A DNA stretch of 64,000 nt from Bdellovibrionales bacterium (lineage in GTDB: Bacteria; Bdellovibrionota; Bdellovibrionia; Bdellovibrionales; CAYMLA01), in contig OZ244239.1 of NCBI GenBank assembly GCA_965217115.1, forward strand, positions 1,760,001 through 1,824,000. Reading direction: 5' to 3'. Under the pieces are notes generated by a model. It did no database searches. It saw only the letters and a list, made by a program, of their open reading frames with translations, and had not been told where the DNA came from. The position numbers and the translations under genes were made by a program. Position 1 is the first letter of the stretch; every line of letters starts with the position of its first letter. This document shows positions 8,106-20,300 of this stretch, piece after piece.

Positions 8106-10064
8106 TTAAGCAGAGTCCTTTAGTTCTTTTTGTTTTTTACGAATTTTTTGTTTGATCCAACTAGGGTGATATTTTTTTATATAGGCTTTGATAACATCTC
8201 GAACGATGGGAGCAGCTCCAGAGGATCCGTGGCAGGAGTGTTCAGCTAGAACTGCGACAGTGATAACTGGATTCTCTGCAGGAGCAAAGCCGACAAACCA
8301 ACCATGATGACGTTCTTTAATAGGGCGATCTTCGCATTTACTGTATATTTGACTTGCTGACCAGGAGCGAACTTGGCTAGTTCCTGTTTTTCCAGCGATT
8401 TCAACGCCAGGGATTTTCCACCATTTGGCAGTTCCTCGTTTTCCGTTGGCTGTAAGCCAGAGGCCATGTTTGACTGCTGCAAAATTTTTCTTGGAAATAG
8501 AGAGGCCTTCTTGTTGTGGAATACTGATGTCTTTTAAGAGCAGAGGTTTGATCTCTTTGATAATTTTATTATCATAGGAACGCAGCTCTTTAATAATGAA
8601 AGGTTTGTAGATCTTTCCCATTAAACCAATGGCGTTATAGGCGATAGCCATTTGTAGGGGAGTTGTTAAGACAAAGCCTTGCCCGATGGCTGTGGTTAAA
8701 TTTTCTCCCAGTTGCCATGCTTCTCCTGTTTTACTCAATTTCCATGCTGAATCAGGCATAAGCCCAGGTACTTCGCCTTCTATTTCTATCCCTGTTTTTC
8801 TACCAATATGAAATAGGTCGATATAACTCTTCATTTTATCTATACCGAGAAGAATGCCCATTTTATAAAAAAAGACATTGCAAGACTGTTCTATGGCTTG
8901 GCTGAGATTCATGGTTCCGTGTCCATTGCGTTTCCAGTCATGATAGATACGTCGGCCATATTTTAAATGACCGTTACAATAAATTGTTGTCTGATCTGTA
9001 ATCATTTTCTCTTGTAGAGCAGCCAAGGCAATAAGTGGCTTAAATGTAGATCCAGGAGAATTGTGATCTTGTATAACTTTATTGCGCAATGGCTTAAAAG
9101 GGTCGTTGATAAGATTCGACCACACATCATTTGAAATACCAGAAACAAAAGAATTTGGGTTAAACGAAGGTGTGCTCAACCAAGCAAGAACTTCGCCGTT
9201 GTTTTTAATAGCAACAAGACTACCAATACGTTTATTTTTGACAAATGAATTGTAGGCAGTTGTTTGTATGTCTTTATCAATGGTTAATACTAAATTAGTT
9301 CCAGGTTTTGACTCTTGTCCTGTGAAATGCTTATCAAAGACATTTTCGGAGTAAACCTTAGCTTCTCTGCCTCTAGCATCGACTTGCTGATACCTACGTC
9401 CATCGAATCCTTTTAAATTAGCTTCAAGAGATTCTTCAATACCGCTTTGTCCAACAATATCTCCTTGTTTAAATTTGATCTTACCCTTGTACTTACGATT
9501 TAAAAGGGGAATTTGTTTTTTCGAAATTTCTCCAACATAACCAAAAAGTTGAGAGCCATTTTCATTGAGTGTGTATTTTCTTAAAATAACTTCGCTAATC
9601 TCTAAGCCTGGATTATCTAAACGAATGCGTTTAAGTAGAAAAATTTCACGTCGTGAGAGGTTTTCTTTAATTTTAGCAGGAAAAAAAGGTCCGTTTAAGC
9701 GGCGACTCTTTTTAATTAAAGAAACGATTTTAGAAGCAGGAATATTAATAATTTTGCTGACATATTTGGCTGTTTTTTGAATATTTTCTGTGTATTGCGG
9801 AGATATTGTGATTTCAAAGGCTGGGATATTTTCAACTAACACATTTTGGTTACGATCGAGGATAAGCCCTCGGGGGGCTGGGAGTTTTGTTGCTTTAATT
9901 CTATTTTTAACAGAGAGTTCTCTAAGTTCATTGCCCATGATGATTTGTAGATACCAGAGTCGAAATAAAAAAATACATCCAGTAATAGCTATAATGCTAT
10001 AAAGAATCTTAAATCGATTTCTGTATTCTTTTGTTTCAGTTGAATTATATAAATAGTCTTTCAT
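8106..10064 (-). CDS. mrdA: Penicillin-binding protein 2
   Basis: APRGLILDRN, PGSTFK (SxxK), SCN, GKTGT; located in the mreCD-rodA cluster. Confidence 0.95.
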   Translation of the reverse strand: MKDYLYNSTETKEYRNRFKILYSIIAITGCIFLFRLWYLQIIMGNELRELSVKNRIKATKLPAPRGLILDRNQNVLVENIPAFEITISPQYTENIQKTAKYVSKIINIPASKIVSLIKKSRRLNGPFFPAKIKENLSRREIFLLKRIRLDNPGLEISEVILRKYTLNENGSQLFGYVGEISKKQIPLLNRKYKGKIKFKQGDIVGQSGIEESLEANLKGFDGRRYQQVDARGREAKVYSENVFDKHFTGQESKPGTNLVLTIDKDIQTTAYNSFVKNKRIGSLVAIKNNGEVLAWLSTPSFNPNSFVSGISNDVWSNLINDPFKPLRNKVIQDHNSPGSTFKPLIALAALQEKMITDQTTIYCNGHLKYGRRIYHDWKRNGHGTMNLSQAIEQSCNVFFYKMGILLGIDKMKSYIDLFHIGRKTGIEIEGEVPGLMPDSAWKLSKTGEAWQLGENLTTAIGQGFVLTTPLQMAIAYNAIGLMGKIYKPFIIKELRSYDNKIIKEIKPLLLKDISIPQQEGLSISKKNFAAVKHGLWLTANGKRGTAKWWKIPGVEIAGKTGTSQVRSWSASQIYSKCEDRPIKERHHGWFVGFAPAENPVITVAVLAEHSCHGSSGAAPIVRDVIKAYIKKYHPSWIKQKIRKKQKELKDSA

Positions 10065-10074
10065 GTTTTTTTCA

Positions 10075-10608
10075 CTAGCCCCGTTGGTAGTTCTTCGTTT
10101 CTTTTTTGGTGATACGATCAAGCCAACGTAACACATAATAAATTGGTAAGGCGATAAGTGGAGTAAGAAGAATTTGCGTAAATCGTTCTAAAAGAACAAG
10201 ATTCTCTAAAAAAGGCCCGCCCTCTATAAAAACAGAAAGAAGAAGTTGTAATATTTGATAAACTAAACAGCTGAGAGCAGTTGTGACTAAGAAATATTGA
10301 ATTCCTGGAATAAAGAAACGTTCTTTGATAACTTTAATGACTGCCCAAACACCTAAAATAAGGGTGAATAAAACCCCAATGGGGGAGGAGGTGAGTGTAG
10401 AAAGGGAGAAGGTAAGAACGTAAATCAGAAAAATGCCTTCAAAGTCTTCTCTGTAGAGGCTTATGTAGATGATAATAGGAAACCAAAAAAGAGGTGATGG
10501 GAAGTAGTTAAAGATAGAAAACCATGAGGCTGTTTGCAGAGATGTCATATTTAGGAAGAAAATAATAATTGCTCCGATACGAATAATAATGAGGCGATTA
10601 CTCTTCAT
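10075..10608 (-). CDS. mreD: Rod shape-determining protein MreD (probable)
   Basis: 177-aa polytopic membrane protein between mreC and mrdA. Confidence 0.7.
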   Translation of the reverse strand: MKSNRLIIIRIGAIIIFFLNMTSLQTASWFSIFNYFPSPLFWFPIIIYISLYREDFEGIFLIYVLTFSLSTLTSSPIGVLFTLILGVWAVIKVIKERFFIPGIQYFLVTTALSCLVYQILQLLLSVFIEGGPFLENLVLLERFTQILLTPLIALPIYYVLRWLDRITKKETKNYQRG

Positions 10609-11458
10609 TTTTTAGAGCTTCTTTTTTTTTGATTTCTTCTAATTGATTGATTTTTTGTATGACAAAAACTTCTTCAAGTTTATTTGATTGTATGATGGGT
10701 TCTAATTGAGCAGTAAAGGAAGTGCCAAAATTAGTTGTGTAGACTCTTTTTACAGTTCCTATGGGAATCCCTTTTGGAAATACCTTATTAAGACCACTTG
10801 TGACAATGATGTCATCTTTGGCGACATCGCTTGCCCTTTCTATGTGTTGAAGTTGGCAGGAGTTTTTAGAAACGCCCTCAACAAATCCCTGAACTCTTGT
10901 GCGTTGGACAATACCATCAATCACAGAGTAGCGATCGGTGAGGAGAAGGACTTGTGACGTATTAAGACCGACACGAAAAATATAGCCGACGACACCATTG
11001 ACACCGATGACGGCTTGATTCTTTTTAATATTATTGATTGAGCCCTTGTCTATGGAGATGGTTGAGTGATCACTAATTAGATCTCGGGCAATGACTTTAG
11101 ATGAAAGTAGTTCCATCGGTGATTTTGATTTAAAGCCTAAGAGGATGTTAAGACGTTGGATTTCCTGTTGAGCCTCTTTTAGAATAGTTAATCTTGTTTT
11201 AAGTTCAGTGTTTTCAGTGCTGAGCTCTCGATTGCTTTGCTTTATGTCAATGAGATTCACATAGAGAGACGTTGTTTTTTGGATACCTTGGCTAAAGGCA
11301 AAGTAACTGTTTTGTACGAAACCAGTGATGATAAAGAGGGGCTTAAGGTACCAATGAGATTGATTAGAGGAGGGAGTGATATTGATTGTGAGCAAGGGAA
11401 TTCCGACGATAACTAGGCCAATGATTAGTTTTTTTAGATCCAGTTGAATGAAGTTCAA
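10598..11458 (-). CDS. mreC: Rod shape-determining protein MreC
   Basis: TM plus coiled coil, IDKGS, DIIVTSGL..VFPKGIPIG. TTG start inferred. Confidence 0.92.
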   Translation of the reverse strand: MNFIQLDLKKLIIGLVIVGIPLLTINITPSSNQSHWYLKPLFIITGFVQNSYFAFSQGIQKTTSLYVNLIDIKQSNRELSTENTELKTRLTILKEAQQEIQRLNILLGFKSKSPMELLSSKVIARDLISDHSTISIDKGSINNIKKNQAVIGVNGVVGYIFRVGLNTSQVLLLTDRYSVIDGIVQRTRVQGFVEGVSKNSCQLQHIERASDVAKDDIIVTSGLNKVFPKGIPIGTVKRVYTTNFGTSFTAQLEPIIQSNKLEEVFVIQKINQLEEIKKKEALKNEE

Positions 11459-11587
11459 GACCTTTTTCCTTACAAGAGTTATGTTCTTTTGAAAACCTAA
11501 CAAATTCAGAATGTTATTCCAAGAATTCTCCTTGAAAAATATATTAAAAATGTATCAAATAGGGAGCTGTTAAATTTTAATATAGGG

Positions 11588-13093
11588 ATGGGTGCATCGA
11601 TGATCGATAAAATCAGAGATTTGGGATACAAAAAGGTCATTGGAGCTATTTTACTAGGGCTTATCTGCTTAGTTTTTGTATTTATAGGTGCGCCGACTCA
11701 GCAATTAGGTATTGGCGGAGGAGCTGCAGCGACGGTGAATAACAAAATGATATCTATTGGTGAGTATCGACAGGAGTTACAGAGATTAGAAGAGAGGTAT
11801 TCGTCTATTTTTGGAGGAGAGCTAGGAACGTCGCGTCAGTTCCTACGTTCTGCGGCGTTGGAAAATCTGATTTCCCGTCAAGTTGCAGCGCAAGGTGTCG
11901 AAGAACAGGGACTTATGGCAACTGACTTGGAGGTGCAGAGCATGATTGTGGATGAAATTCCCGCCTTTAAAGAGGATGGGCGTTTTCGCAAGTCGCTTTA
12001 TGAGCGTTATTTGCAGTCGAGACGTATCTCTCCAGGTAAATTTGAGGATATTTTACGATTTGAGTCATTGAATTTACGGACAAGGCGATTATTTGAGTTG
12101 GTGGGAACTCCGACCAAAGGAGAATTGAATAGAGAGATCACTTTGAAACAGCAAAAAGTGAATTTGAACTTTATCAAACTTGATAAGTCTATTTTGAAGA
12201 ATAAAATAAAAATATCCTCTTCTGATGTGCAGAAAAATTTAAAAAAACCTTCTTTCAAAAAAAAGGTGGAGAGTTATTACGGAAATAATAAATCAGAATT
12301 TGAACAAAAAGAAGAGGTGAGGGCGAAACATATTTTAATCAAAGCTCAGAAGGGTGATAGTCAGGCTGAAAAATCGGCATTGATTAAGATTAAAGAAATT
12401 CAAAGCAAGTTAAAGAAAGAAGATTTTTCAAAATTGGCTAAGCAGTACAGTGAAGACGTTGGTTCTAAAGGCAAAGGTGGAGATTTGGGTTTTTTTACTC
12501 GTGGCCGCATGGTGCCTGAGTTTGAGAAAGTGGCTTTTTCTTTGGAGAAAGGTTCAGTTAGCTCTGCTATTCAGACGAGTTACGGCTATCATTTGATAAA
12601 AGTGGTAGCGAGAAAAAAAGCTAAAACAGATAGTTTAAAATCTAAGGAAAAAGATATTGCGCGTAGGCTCCTTCAGACGATGAAGGTCGATGGAGTTTTG
12701 TCAGATCTTAAGAAATCTGTTGAGCGAGGAAACGGGGAAAAAGTGAATTTATTTGCGAAGAAGTGGAAACTAAAATGGGAAGAAACTGGAGAATTTGACA
12801 GAGGTGCTGCGAGTATTCCTAAAGTGGGAGAGGATGTGTTGGCCTTAGCCGGAGTCTTTCAGCTTTCTAAGGGGCAAATGTGGAAATCTGTGAGTGTTCA
12901 AGGTGGGGCTCATTATGTTTTGAAGATCAGAAGTAAAGTGAAAGATAAACTCGTCGGAGAGCCTAAGGGTCGGAAAAAGTTGAAAGAGCAATTAGCTCGC
13001 TCGGCTTCTAATGAGATATTCAATGAGTGGTTAACTTTAACGAAAAAAAGTTTTTTCATTGAAAGAAATTCGAGGCTGTTGTCTCGCCAGTAG
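11588..13093 (+). CDS. PpiD/SurA-like parvulin peptidyl-prolyl isomerase
   Basis: SurA N-terminal domain; VRAKHILI, AKQYSED..SKGKGGDLGFF, YGYHLIKV. Confidence 0.9.
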   Translation: MGASMIDKIRDLGYKKVIGAILLGLICLVFVFIGAPTQQLGIGGGAAATVNNKMISIGEYRQELQRLEERYSSIFGGELGTSRQFLRSAALENLISRQVAAQGVEEQGLMATDLEVQSMIVDEIPAFKEDGRFRKSLYERYLQSRRISPGKFEDILRFESLNLRTRRLFELVGTPTKGELNREITLKQQKVNLNFIKLDKSILKNKIKISSSDVQKNLKKPSFKKKVESYYGNNKSEFEQKEEVRAKHILIKAQKGDSQAEKSALIKIKEIQSKLKKEDFSKLAKQYSEDVGSKGKGGDLGFFTRGRMVPEFEKVAFSLEKGSVSSAIQTSYGYHLIKVVARKKAKTDSLKSKEKDIARRLLQTMKVDGVLSDLKKSVERGNGEKVNLFAKKWKLKWEETGEFDRGAASIPKVGEDVLALAGVFQLSKGQMWKSVSVQGGAHYVLKIRSKVKDKLVGEPKGRKKLKEQLARSASNEIFNEWLTLTKKSFFIERNSRLLSRQ

Positions 13094-13267
13094 AGAGATA
13101 TTAAATGTTAAAAAAAACTAACTCGCCGTGTTGTCTAACTCAGTAACTTCTTGAATTTAGTTAAATTTTAGCGAAACGAACAGTTTTTGTTGGGGCGGAG
13201 AATATTGACTTAGTGAGAGGGGCGAGTTACCTAAAATTCGAGCGCTCTTAACGAAAGGTTATTCTCC

Positions 13268-14620
13268 ATGAATACACGCCGTCTAAAAGACCTTCAAACA
13301 TTAGTTTCTCTATGTAAACGCCGAGGCTTCGTGTTTCAAAGCAGTGAGATTTACGGGGGCTTAGGTTCCTGCTGGGATTATGGTCCTCTGGGCTCATTAA
13401 TGAAAATGAATGTAAAAATGGCATGGTGGAAGGCCATGACTAGGCGAGCAGATGTCGTGGGGATTGACGCAGCTATCTTAATGGCGCCAAAGGTTTGGGA
13501 GGCGTCTGGGCATGTGGATGGTTTTAGTGATCCATTGGTGGATTGTAAAGAATGTCATCATCGTTTTCGTGCTGATAATACAGAATCTTATCTGCAAGAT
13601 AAATCATGCCCCAGTTGTGACTCTAAAAATTTAACATCACCACGTGATTTTAACTTAATGTTTAAGACGAACATGGGTCCATTGGAAGATGAATCTTCCC
13701 TCGTTTATTTGCGCCCAGAAACAGCTCAGGGAATTTTTGTTAATTTTGAGAATGTGCAGACAACGACGCGCCATAAGTTGCCTTTTGGTATTGCACAGAT
13801 CGGTAAATCTTTTCGTAATGAAATTACACCAGGAAATTTTATTTTCCGCACCCGTGAATTTGAACAAATGGAAATGCAGTACTTTGTTAAGCCAGGTGAT
13901 GATGATGAGTCCTTTAATGAGTGGAAAAAAACGCGTTGGGATTTTTACAAAAGCTTAGGTATTAGTGAAGAGAATTTACAGTTTTCTCCCCATGGTCCTA
14001 ATGAATTGGCCCATTATGCGAAGGCGGCAGAGGATGTTGAGTACAAGTTTCCCATGGGATGGTCGGAGCTTGAGGGCGTGCATAACCGCAGTGATTTTGA
14101 TTTGAAACAGCATCAAGAGTTTAGCGGCAAGAGTTTAGAGTATTTCGACGAGGGAACAAAAGAGAAATTTACCCCCTATGTGATAGAGACGGCTGTTGGT
14201 TGTGATCGGTTGTTTTTGGCATTGCTTTGTGATGCCTATCGCGAAGAGGTTACTGAGATCACTGAAGGAAAGAAGTCAGGGCAGGAAGATGTGCGTATTG
14301 TTCTTGGACTGCACCCTAAGATAGCTCCTTACAAGGTAGCGGTTCTGCCTTTGAGTAAAAAATCTCCACTTCAAGATGTGGCCTACGGCTTGCGGAATGA
14401 TCTGTCCCAGGATATGGAAATTATTTACGATGAGGCGGGGAGTATCGGTAAACGCTATCGTCGTCAGGATGAAATAGGAACACCTTTTTGTGTGACGGTT
14501 GATTTTGAAACTTCAACCGACCAATGCGTGACGATACGTCATCGGGATACGATGGAGCAAGACCGTGTGCCGATAGAAGGCTTGAGCAAGAGTATTAGCA
14601 ATCTCTTAATAGATTTCTGA
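13268..14620 (+). CDS. glyQS: Glycine--tRNA ligase (alpha2 type)
   Basis: [48 protein letters not shown]. Confidence 0.97.
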   Translation: MNTRRLKDLQTLVSLCKRRGFVFQSSEIYGGLGSCWDYGPLGSLMKMNVKMAWWKAMTRRADVVGIDAAILMAPKVWEASGHVDGFSDPLVDCKECHHRFRADNTESYLQDKSCPSCDSKNLTSPRDFNLMFKTNMGPLEDESSLVYLRPETAQGIFVNFENVQTTTRHKLPFGIAQIGKSFRNEITPGNFIFRTREFEQMEMQYFVKPGDDDESFNEWKKTRWDFYKSLGISEENLQFSPHGPNELAHYAKAAEDVEYKFPMGWSELEGVHNRSDFDLKQHQEFSGKSLEYFDEGTKEKFTPYVIETAVGCDRLFLALLCDAYREEVTEITEGKKSGQEDVRIVLGLHPKIAPYKVAVLPLSKKSPLQDVAYGLRNDLSQDMEIIYDEAGSIGKRYRRQDEIGTPFCVTVDFETSTDQCVTIRHRDTMEQDRVPIEGLSKSISNLLIDF

Positions 14621-14644
14621 AAATAAAGACAAGGAGGCGGTAAA

Positions 14645-17317
14645 ATGAGTCGAACGCTTGAGACAGAAGTAAAATCAGAGAAATTTGTTTACTTTTTTTC
14701 TGCTGAGCGTACGGATGGCCATGCTGAGATGAAGAATATCTTGGGGGGAAAGGGCGCCAATTTGGCAGAGATGTCTTCTCTAGGAGTGTCTGTACCGCCA
14801 GGATTTACAATCTCTACAGAAATTTGTGGTGAATTTTATAAGAATGGGGAAGCTCTTCCTGAATGGATAAAAAAAGAAGTATTGCTTCATTTATCCAAAG
14901 TTGAGAAAATTTTGGATAAAAAATTTGGCGACAAGAGGAATCCTTTATTGGTGAGTGTTCGTTCAGGGGCAAGAGTCAGTATGCCGGGCATGATGGATAC
15001 GATTTTAAATTTGGGACTTAATGATGAGACGGTAGAGGGGCTAGAGGAGAAATCAGGAAATGCTCGTTTTGCTTGGGATTCTTACCGACGTTTTATTCAA
15101 ATGTATTCTAATGTAGTTATGGGAATGAATGGGAGTCTTTTTGAGGTTATATTAGAGGATTATAAAGATGAAAAAAAATTGAAGAATGATTCGGATTTAT
15201 CGGCTGAAGATTTTAAATTCCTTGTGGAAAAATTCAAACGGCAAGTGAAGGAGTTTACGGGAAAGGGTTTTCCTGAAAATCCTGAGGACCAATTATGGGG
15301 GGCGATAACAGCGGTGTTTAAAAGCTGGAACACAGCTCGTGCAATCACCTATCGTAGAATTAATAATATATCTAGTGAATGGGGTACGGCTGTTAATATT
15401 CAGTCTATGGTTTTTGGTAATATGGGTGATGACAGTGCAACGGGAGTGGCCTTTACGCGTAACCCATCGACGGGTGAGAAGAGGTTTTTTGGTGAGTTTT
15501 TAGTGAATGCCCAAGGGGAGGATGTTGTCGCGGGAATTCGTACGCCTAAGCCAGTGAGCCGGGAGGATTCCCAAGGGGACGGGTCTTCTCTTGAGGAATT
15601 AATGCCAGAGGCTTACGCTCAATTAGTAAAAGTTTATGAAAAGTTAGAAAAGCATTATCGTGATATGCAGGATATTGAGTTTACAATTGAGAGGGGTCAT
15701 CTTTGGATGTTGCAAACTCGTACAGGAAAAAGAACCGCTCGAGCGGCGTTGCGCATTGCCTGTGACATGATTGATGAAAAGTTAATTGATGAGAAGGAGG
15801 CTTTGCTAAGGATAGAACCTGAATCTTTAGATCAATTGCTCCATCGAACTTTAGACTCAAAGGCAGCGAAGACTGTTTTAGCTAAAGGTCTTCCAGCAAG
15901 TCCAGGGGCGGCATGTGGTGAAGTGGTTTTCACGCCTGAAGAAGCAGTGATATTAAAAGAAAAAGGTTTGAATGTGATTCTTGTGAGAGTCGAGACATCT
16001 CCTGAAGATATTGAAGGCATGGTGGCTTGCCAGGGAATTTTAACCACTCGCGGAGGGATGACATCCCATGCAGCTGTTGTAGCAAGAGGTATGGGTAAAT
16101 GTTGCATTGCTGGTTGTGCCAGTGTGGAGGTGGATGAGCGTCGGGCAGAGATGAGAGTGAGTGGTTATGTGATTCGGCGTGGTGATAAAATTACTTTAGA
16201 TGGTTCTACGGGGGAGGTTTTCCTTGGTGAAGTGAAAACGGTGGAGCCGAGTTTAGATAACTATTTTACCAGAGTGATGAAGATGGCCGATGGAGTCCGT
16301 CGCTTGAAAGTACGTACAAACGCAGACACTCCAGAGGATGCTAAAACAGCACGTCGCTTTGGGGCTGAGGGTATTGGGCTTTGTCGAACAGAACATATGT
16401 TTTTTGGAGTGGATCGGATTGATTGTGTACGGTTGATGATTTTAGCTCAAAACACTGAAGAGAGAGAAGAGGCTTTGAAAAAACTTTTACCTATGCAGAG
16501 GGAGGACTTCATTGGTTTATTCAGAGTGATGGAGGGATTGCCTGTGACTATTCGGTTGTTGGATCCTCCGTTGCATGAATTTATTCCTCATACAGATGAA
16601 GACGTTGAGGCTTTGGCAAAACGTCTTGGGTTATCGGCGGAGAGTTTAAAGGTGAGAGCTAAAGGGCTTGAGGAATCTAATCCTATGTTAGGTCACCGTG
16701 GATGTCGTTTAGCAATGACGTACCCTGAGATTTATTCGATGCAGGTGAGGGCAATTGCTGAGGCTGTAGCGATCTTGACTAAAGAAGGGCATAAATTAGA
16801 GCCTGAGATAATGATTCCACTTGTTGCTGTGGAGAGAGAGTTAAGGACTCTGCGTGAACTTACGGTGAAAGAGGTGGAAACAGTTATGGTCGAGCAGGGT
16901 GTGAAGTTTGAGTATCAAGTGGGTACGATGATCGAACTTCCTCGGGCGGCTTTAACGGCAGATAAAGTGGCTGAGTTTGCTGATTTCTTTAGCTTTGGAA
17001 CAAACGATTTGACGCAGACCACCATGGGGTTGTCGAGGGATGATGCGGGTAAGTTTCTAGGGACTTACGTGGAAGAGGGGATCCTTCTACGGGACCCTTT
17101 TGTCTCTATTGATCAAAGCGGTGTAGGTAAATTAGTTGAAATGGGAACGAAATTAGGTCGTAATATAAAGACTCGACTAAAGTGTGGAGTCTGTGGGGAG
17201 CATGGTGGAGACCCTGACAGTGTGGAGTTTTTTCACCGAGTGGGGTTAGATTATGTGAGCTGTTCACCTTATCGGGTGCCAATAGCTCGCTTAGCCGCTG
17301 CCAGAGCAGCATTGTAA
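14645..17317 (+). CDS. ppdK: Pyruvate, phosphate dikinase
   Basis: LGGKGANLAEM, PLLVSVRSGA, GGMTSHAAVVARG, GLCRTEHMF, FSFGTNDLTQ. Confidence 0.98.
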   Translation: MSRTLETEVKSEKFVYFFSAERTDGHAEMKNILGGKGANLAEMSSLGVSVPPGFTISTEICGEFYKNGEALPEWIKKEVLLHLSKVEKILDKKFGDKRNPLLVSVRSGARVSMPGMMDTILNLGLNDETVEGLEEKSGNARFAWDSYRRFIQMYSNVVMGMNGSLFEVILEDYKDEKKLKNDSDLSAEDFKFLVEKFKRQVKEFTGKGFPENPEDQLWGAITAVFKSWNTARAITYRRINNISSEWGTAVNIQSMVFGNMGDDSATGVAFTRNPSTGEKRFFGEFLVNAQGEDVVAGIRTPKPVSREDSQGDGSSLEELMPEAYAQLVKVYEKLEKHYRDMQDIEFTIERGHLWMLQTRTGKRTARAALRIACDMIDEKLIDEKEALLRIEPESLDQLLHRTLDSKAAKTVLAKGLPASPGAACGEVVFTPEEAVILKEKGLNVILVRVETSPEDIEGMVACQGILTTRGGMTSHAAVVARGMGKCCIAGCASVEVDERRAEMRVSGYVIRRGDKITLDGSTGEVFLGEVKTVEPSLDNYFTRVMKMADGVRRLKVRTNADTPEDAKTARRFGAEGIGLCRTEHMFFGVDRIDCVRLMILAQNTEEREEALKKLLPMQREDFIGLFRVMEGLPVTIRLLDPPLHEFIPHTDEDVEALAKRLGLSAESLKVRAKGLEESNPMLGHRGCRLAMTYPEIYSMQVRAIAEAVAILTKEGHKLEPEIMIPLVAVERELRTLRELTVKEVETVMVEQGVKFEYQVGTMIELPRAALTADKVAEFADFFSFGTNDLTQTTMGLSRDDAGKFLGTYVEEGILLRDPFVSIDQSGVGKLVEMGTKLGRNIKTRLKCGVCGEHGGDPDSVEFFHRVGLDYVSCSPYRVPIARLAAARAAL

Positions 17318-17341
17318 TTTGCTAACTTTAAGGGGACAGCT

Positions 17342-20300
17342 TTGAGAATCAAAAAATTAGATATCGCTGGATTCAAATCATTTAAAGATCGAACAGTTAT
17401 TCAATTTGATAAAGGAATTACGGGAATCGTTGGTCCTAACGGTTGTGGTAAATCCAATATCGTTGATGCTTTAATGTGGGTGATGGGTGAAATGTCAGCC
17501 AAGCATTTACGCGGTAACAACATGAGTGATGTTATATTTGGTGGTTCTGAAGACTACACTTCTTCTGGAATGGCAGAGGTTTCTTTGACGTTACAGAATG
17601 ACGAAGGGGCTTTTCCTGTAAAGTACGCGAAGCATAGTGAAATTATGGTGACCCGCCGTTTGCACCGCTCAGGTGAGTCGGAGTATTTAATTAACAAAGA
17701 GTCTGTGCGGTTGAGAGATGTTCAAGAAATTTTTATGGATACGGGTGCAGGTTCTAAAGGGTTTAGTATTATTGAACAGGGTAAGATCGGTGAGATCATT
17801 ACGGCTAAACCTCTAGATCGCCGTAGTCTCATTGAAGAGGCGGCAGGGATCACGAAGTTTAAGGCGAGAAAAAAAGAATCCCAGAGAAAGCTCGCTTCTA
17901 CGGATCAGAATTTAGTGCGTCTACAAGATATCATTGGTGAATTAAAGAGACAGCTGGACAGTTTACACCGTCAGGCCAAGCGAGCCGAACGCTATCGTAG
18001 CTTGAAGCAGGAAATTGAGAAGATCGATTTATGGGTCTCTTCCCGCCAATATTTACAATTGAAAATTTCGGTAGAAGAGGCTCAAGTGTCTTTTGATGAA
18101 GCTCAAGGTCAGGATGTGAAGGGTGAAGTTGAATTAAGAGAAATGGAAGTGCGCCTGTTATCGATAAAGACGGATATAGCTGATTTTGAGAACAGTGTTA
18201 CAGAAAAGCAGGAAGCCTATTATAACGTGAAGGAACAGGTTGTTTTAAAAGAAAAGGCTTTGCAGGAATTGAAATTTGAGATTGAGTCCACTCGTCGTAG
18301 TGAGGAGCAAACAGAAACTTTGCGTGGAGAACAGGGAGCGCGTCATCAGTTATTGACTCGTGATAAGAGTGAATTGTCTGAAAAGGTTGCAGTGTTAAAA
18401 ACTGAAGCAGAGGATCTTAAAGGAAAGTTTTCAGAAAAAAATAAAACCTACCAGGACTGTTATGGCCGCATTGCTGAGATTGATGATGAACTGACGGAAA
18501 AGCGTCGAGGGATTTTGGGGCTTGCACAAAAGGAAGCCCATTTAGAAGCTAAAATCCATTCTATGGATGAACAATTGACGGAATCTCGCGATCGACGTGA
18601 AGAGAAAAAAAATCTTTTTCAAGAACTACAAGCAAAAGAGAAAGATTTTGAAAAACGTTATAAAAAACTAACCAGTGACTTAGAGAAACAGAAACAATTG
18701 CATCTAGATATGACTAAGGATGTGGAATCTTATGAAGCCAATCGGCAGTTATTGACAGAGAAGTTAAATGGAAAGAGAGCAGAGGTTGATGGCTTTAAAG
18801 ACCAGTTGAATGAAGTAACGTCGTTGCTTTATGGTTTAGAGAACCTTCAGTCAAATTTTGAGGGTTTTGATGAGGGCGTAAAGAGCGTTATGTTCTGGCA
18901 AAAAGAGCGAGTTCAACGCTTGTCAGCGGGTGGTTCTGTCTCTGTGGAAGAGCAGTACAACCTTGTCTCAGAGGTTGTTGAAGTTCCTGGTGAGTATGAA
19001 ATTGCAATGGAGGCGGCGTTAGGGACTCGTTTGCAAACACTCCTGAGTGAAAGTGATACGGCTTCTTTAGAGGCGGTGGATTTTTTAAAGAATCAAGAGT
19101 CTGGGCGTTCTAGTTTTATTAATAGTGATAACGAGAGAGGATTTGCTAATTTGGAAAATGTTCCAAATGGAAAGGCTGTTATTGCTATTTTAAAAGATGT
19201 GATAAAGGTTCCTGAGAAATTTTCTAAAACTGTGAGTGGTCTTCTCGACGGCGTGGCAGTTGTTGACTCTGTTAAGTCATCTTTAGAACTTCGTGACCAG
19301 TACAGAGGGTGGAGTTTTGTGACGATGGATGGAGATACTTTATCTGCGGATGGAGTTCTTACTGGAGGGGCTAAAGGCAGTGCTGAATCGGGGGTCCTTA
19401 AAAGAAAAAGAGAAATCAAGGAACTCTCCCAGAAAAAAGAGGAATGGGCTGGTAAGTTTAATTTAGCAAAATTGGCCATGGTCAAGTTAGAGAACCAGTT
19501 AAAGCAGGTGGTGAAAGACTGGGAGGAGTTTAATAAGCGTAGCGTGGATCAGGAGATCCGGGTGGTTGAGTTAAAAAAAGACGTGGAGCGTGGACAGACA
19601 GAGTTTAATCAATCTCGTTCGGCGACACAGAGCCACCAAACAGAGCTAAATCATTTGTTTGAGGCGCTTGAAGAGAGTGAGAAAAACCATTTAGAATTCA
19701 AAGAGAGTTTAAAAGAAACTTTGCAGGAGAAAGAAACTTTAGAACAGTGTGTGGAACGCCTTCAAGAGGAGTACACAACCTCTAAGTTAAGTGTTGAGTG
19801 TTTGCAGAATGAGGTGACAGAGTTTAAAGTTCATTCAGTTTCTAAGAATCAGGAGCTGGAGGGCATCGAGAAGCAGCTGAGTATGGTAAGCCATTCTTTA
19901 GATGATCTTGAGAACCACCTTTCTCGTATGAATGATGAGTCTTTGCGCAATAATGAATCTTTGTCATCTCACCAATTGTCTTTACAGCAGGGGCAGTTGA
20001 ACCTTGAGAGGTTGATTGGTCAAGTGGAAGAAAATCGTATTTCTTTGGCTCATGCGAAAGATCAGTATGAGGAGAATGCGACGGGTCTTCGCGGGCTAGA
20101 GGCGAAAGTGAATGGGATGTTAAAAGAGCGTAGTTCCTATCAAGCGATAATGAATGAATCTCATTTGAAGTTAGAACAGGCAAAGATGAGAGAGAGTCAT
20201 TTAGTTGAACATGTGAAAGAGAAGTACATGGTTGATCTACCGGTGATTGCCCATGAGTGTGCTCAGAGAGAAGAAGATGGAGACGAAGCGGCAGTTAGAT

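Noticed and set aside
10598..11587. mreB missing upstream of mreC
   Set aside because: Separation of mreB from mreCD occurs in various bacteria, and it cannot be judged from one window.
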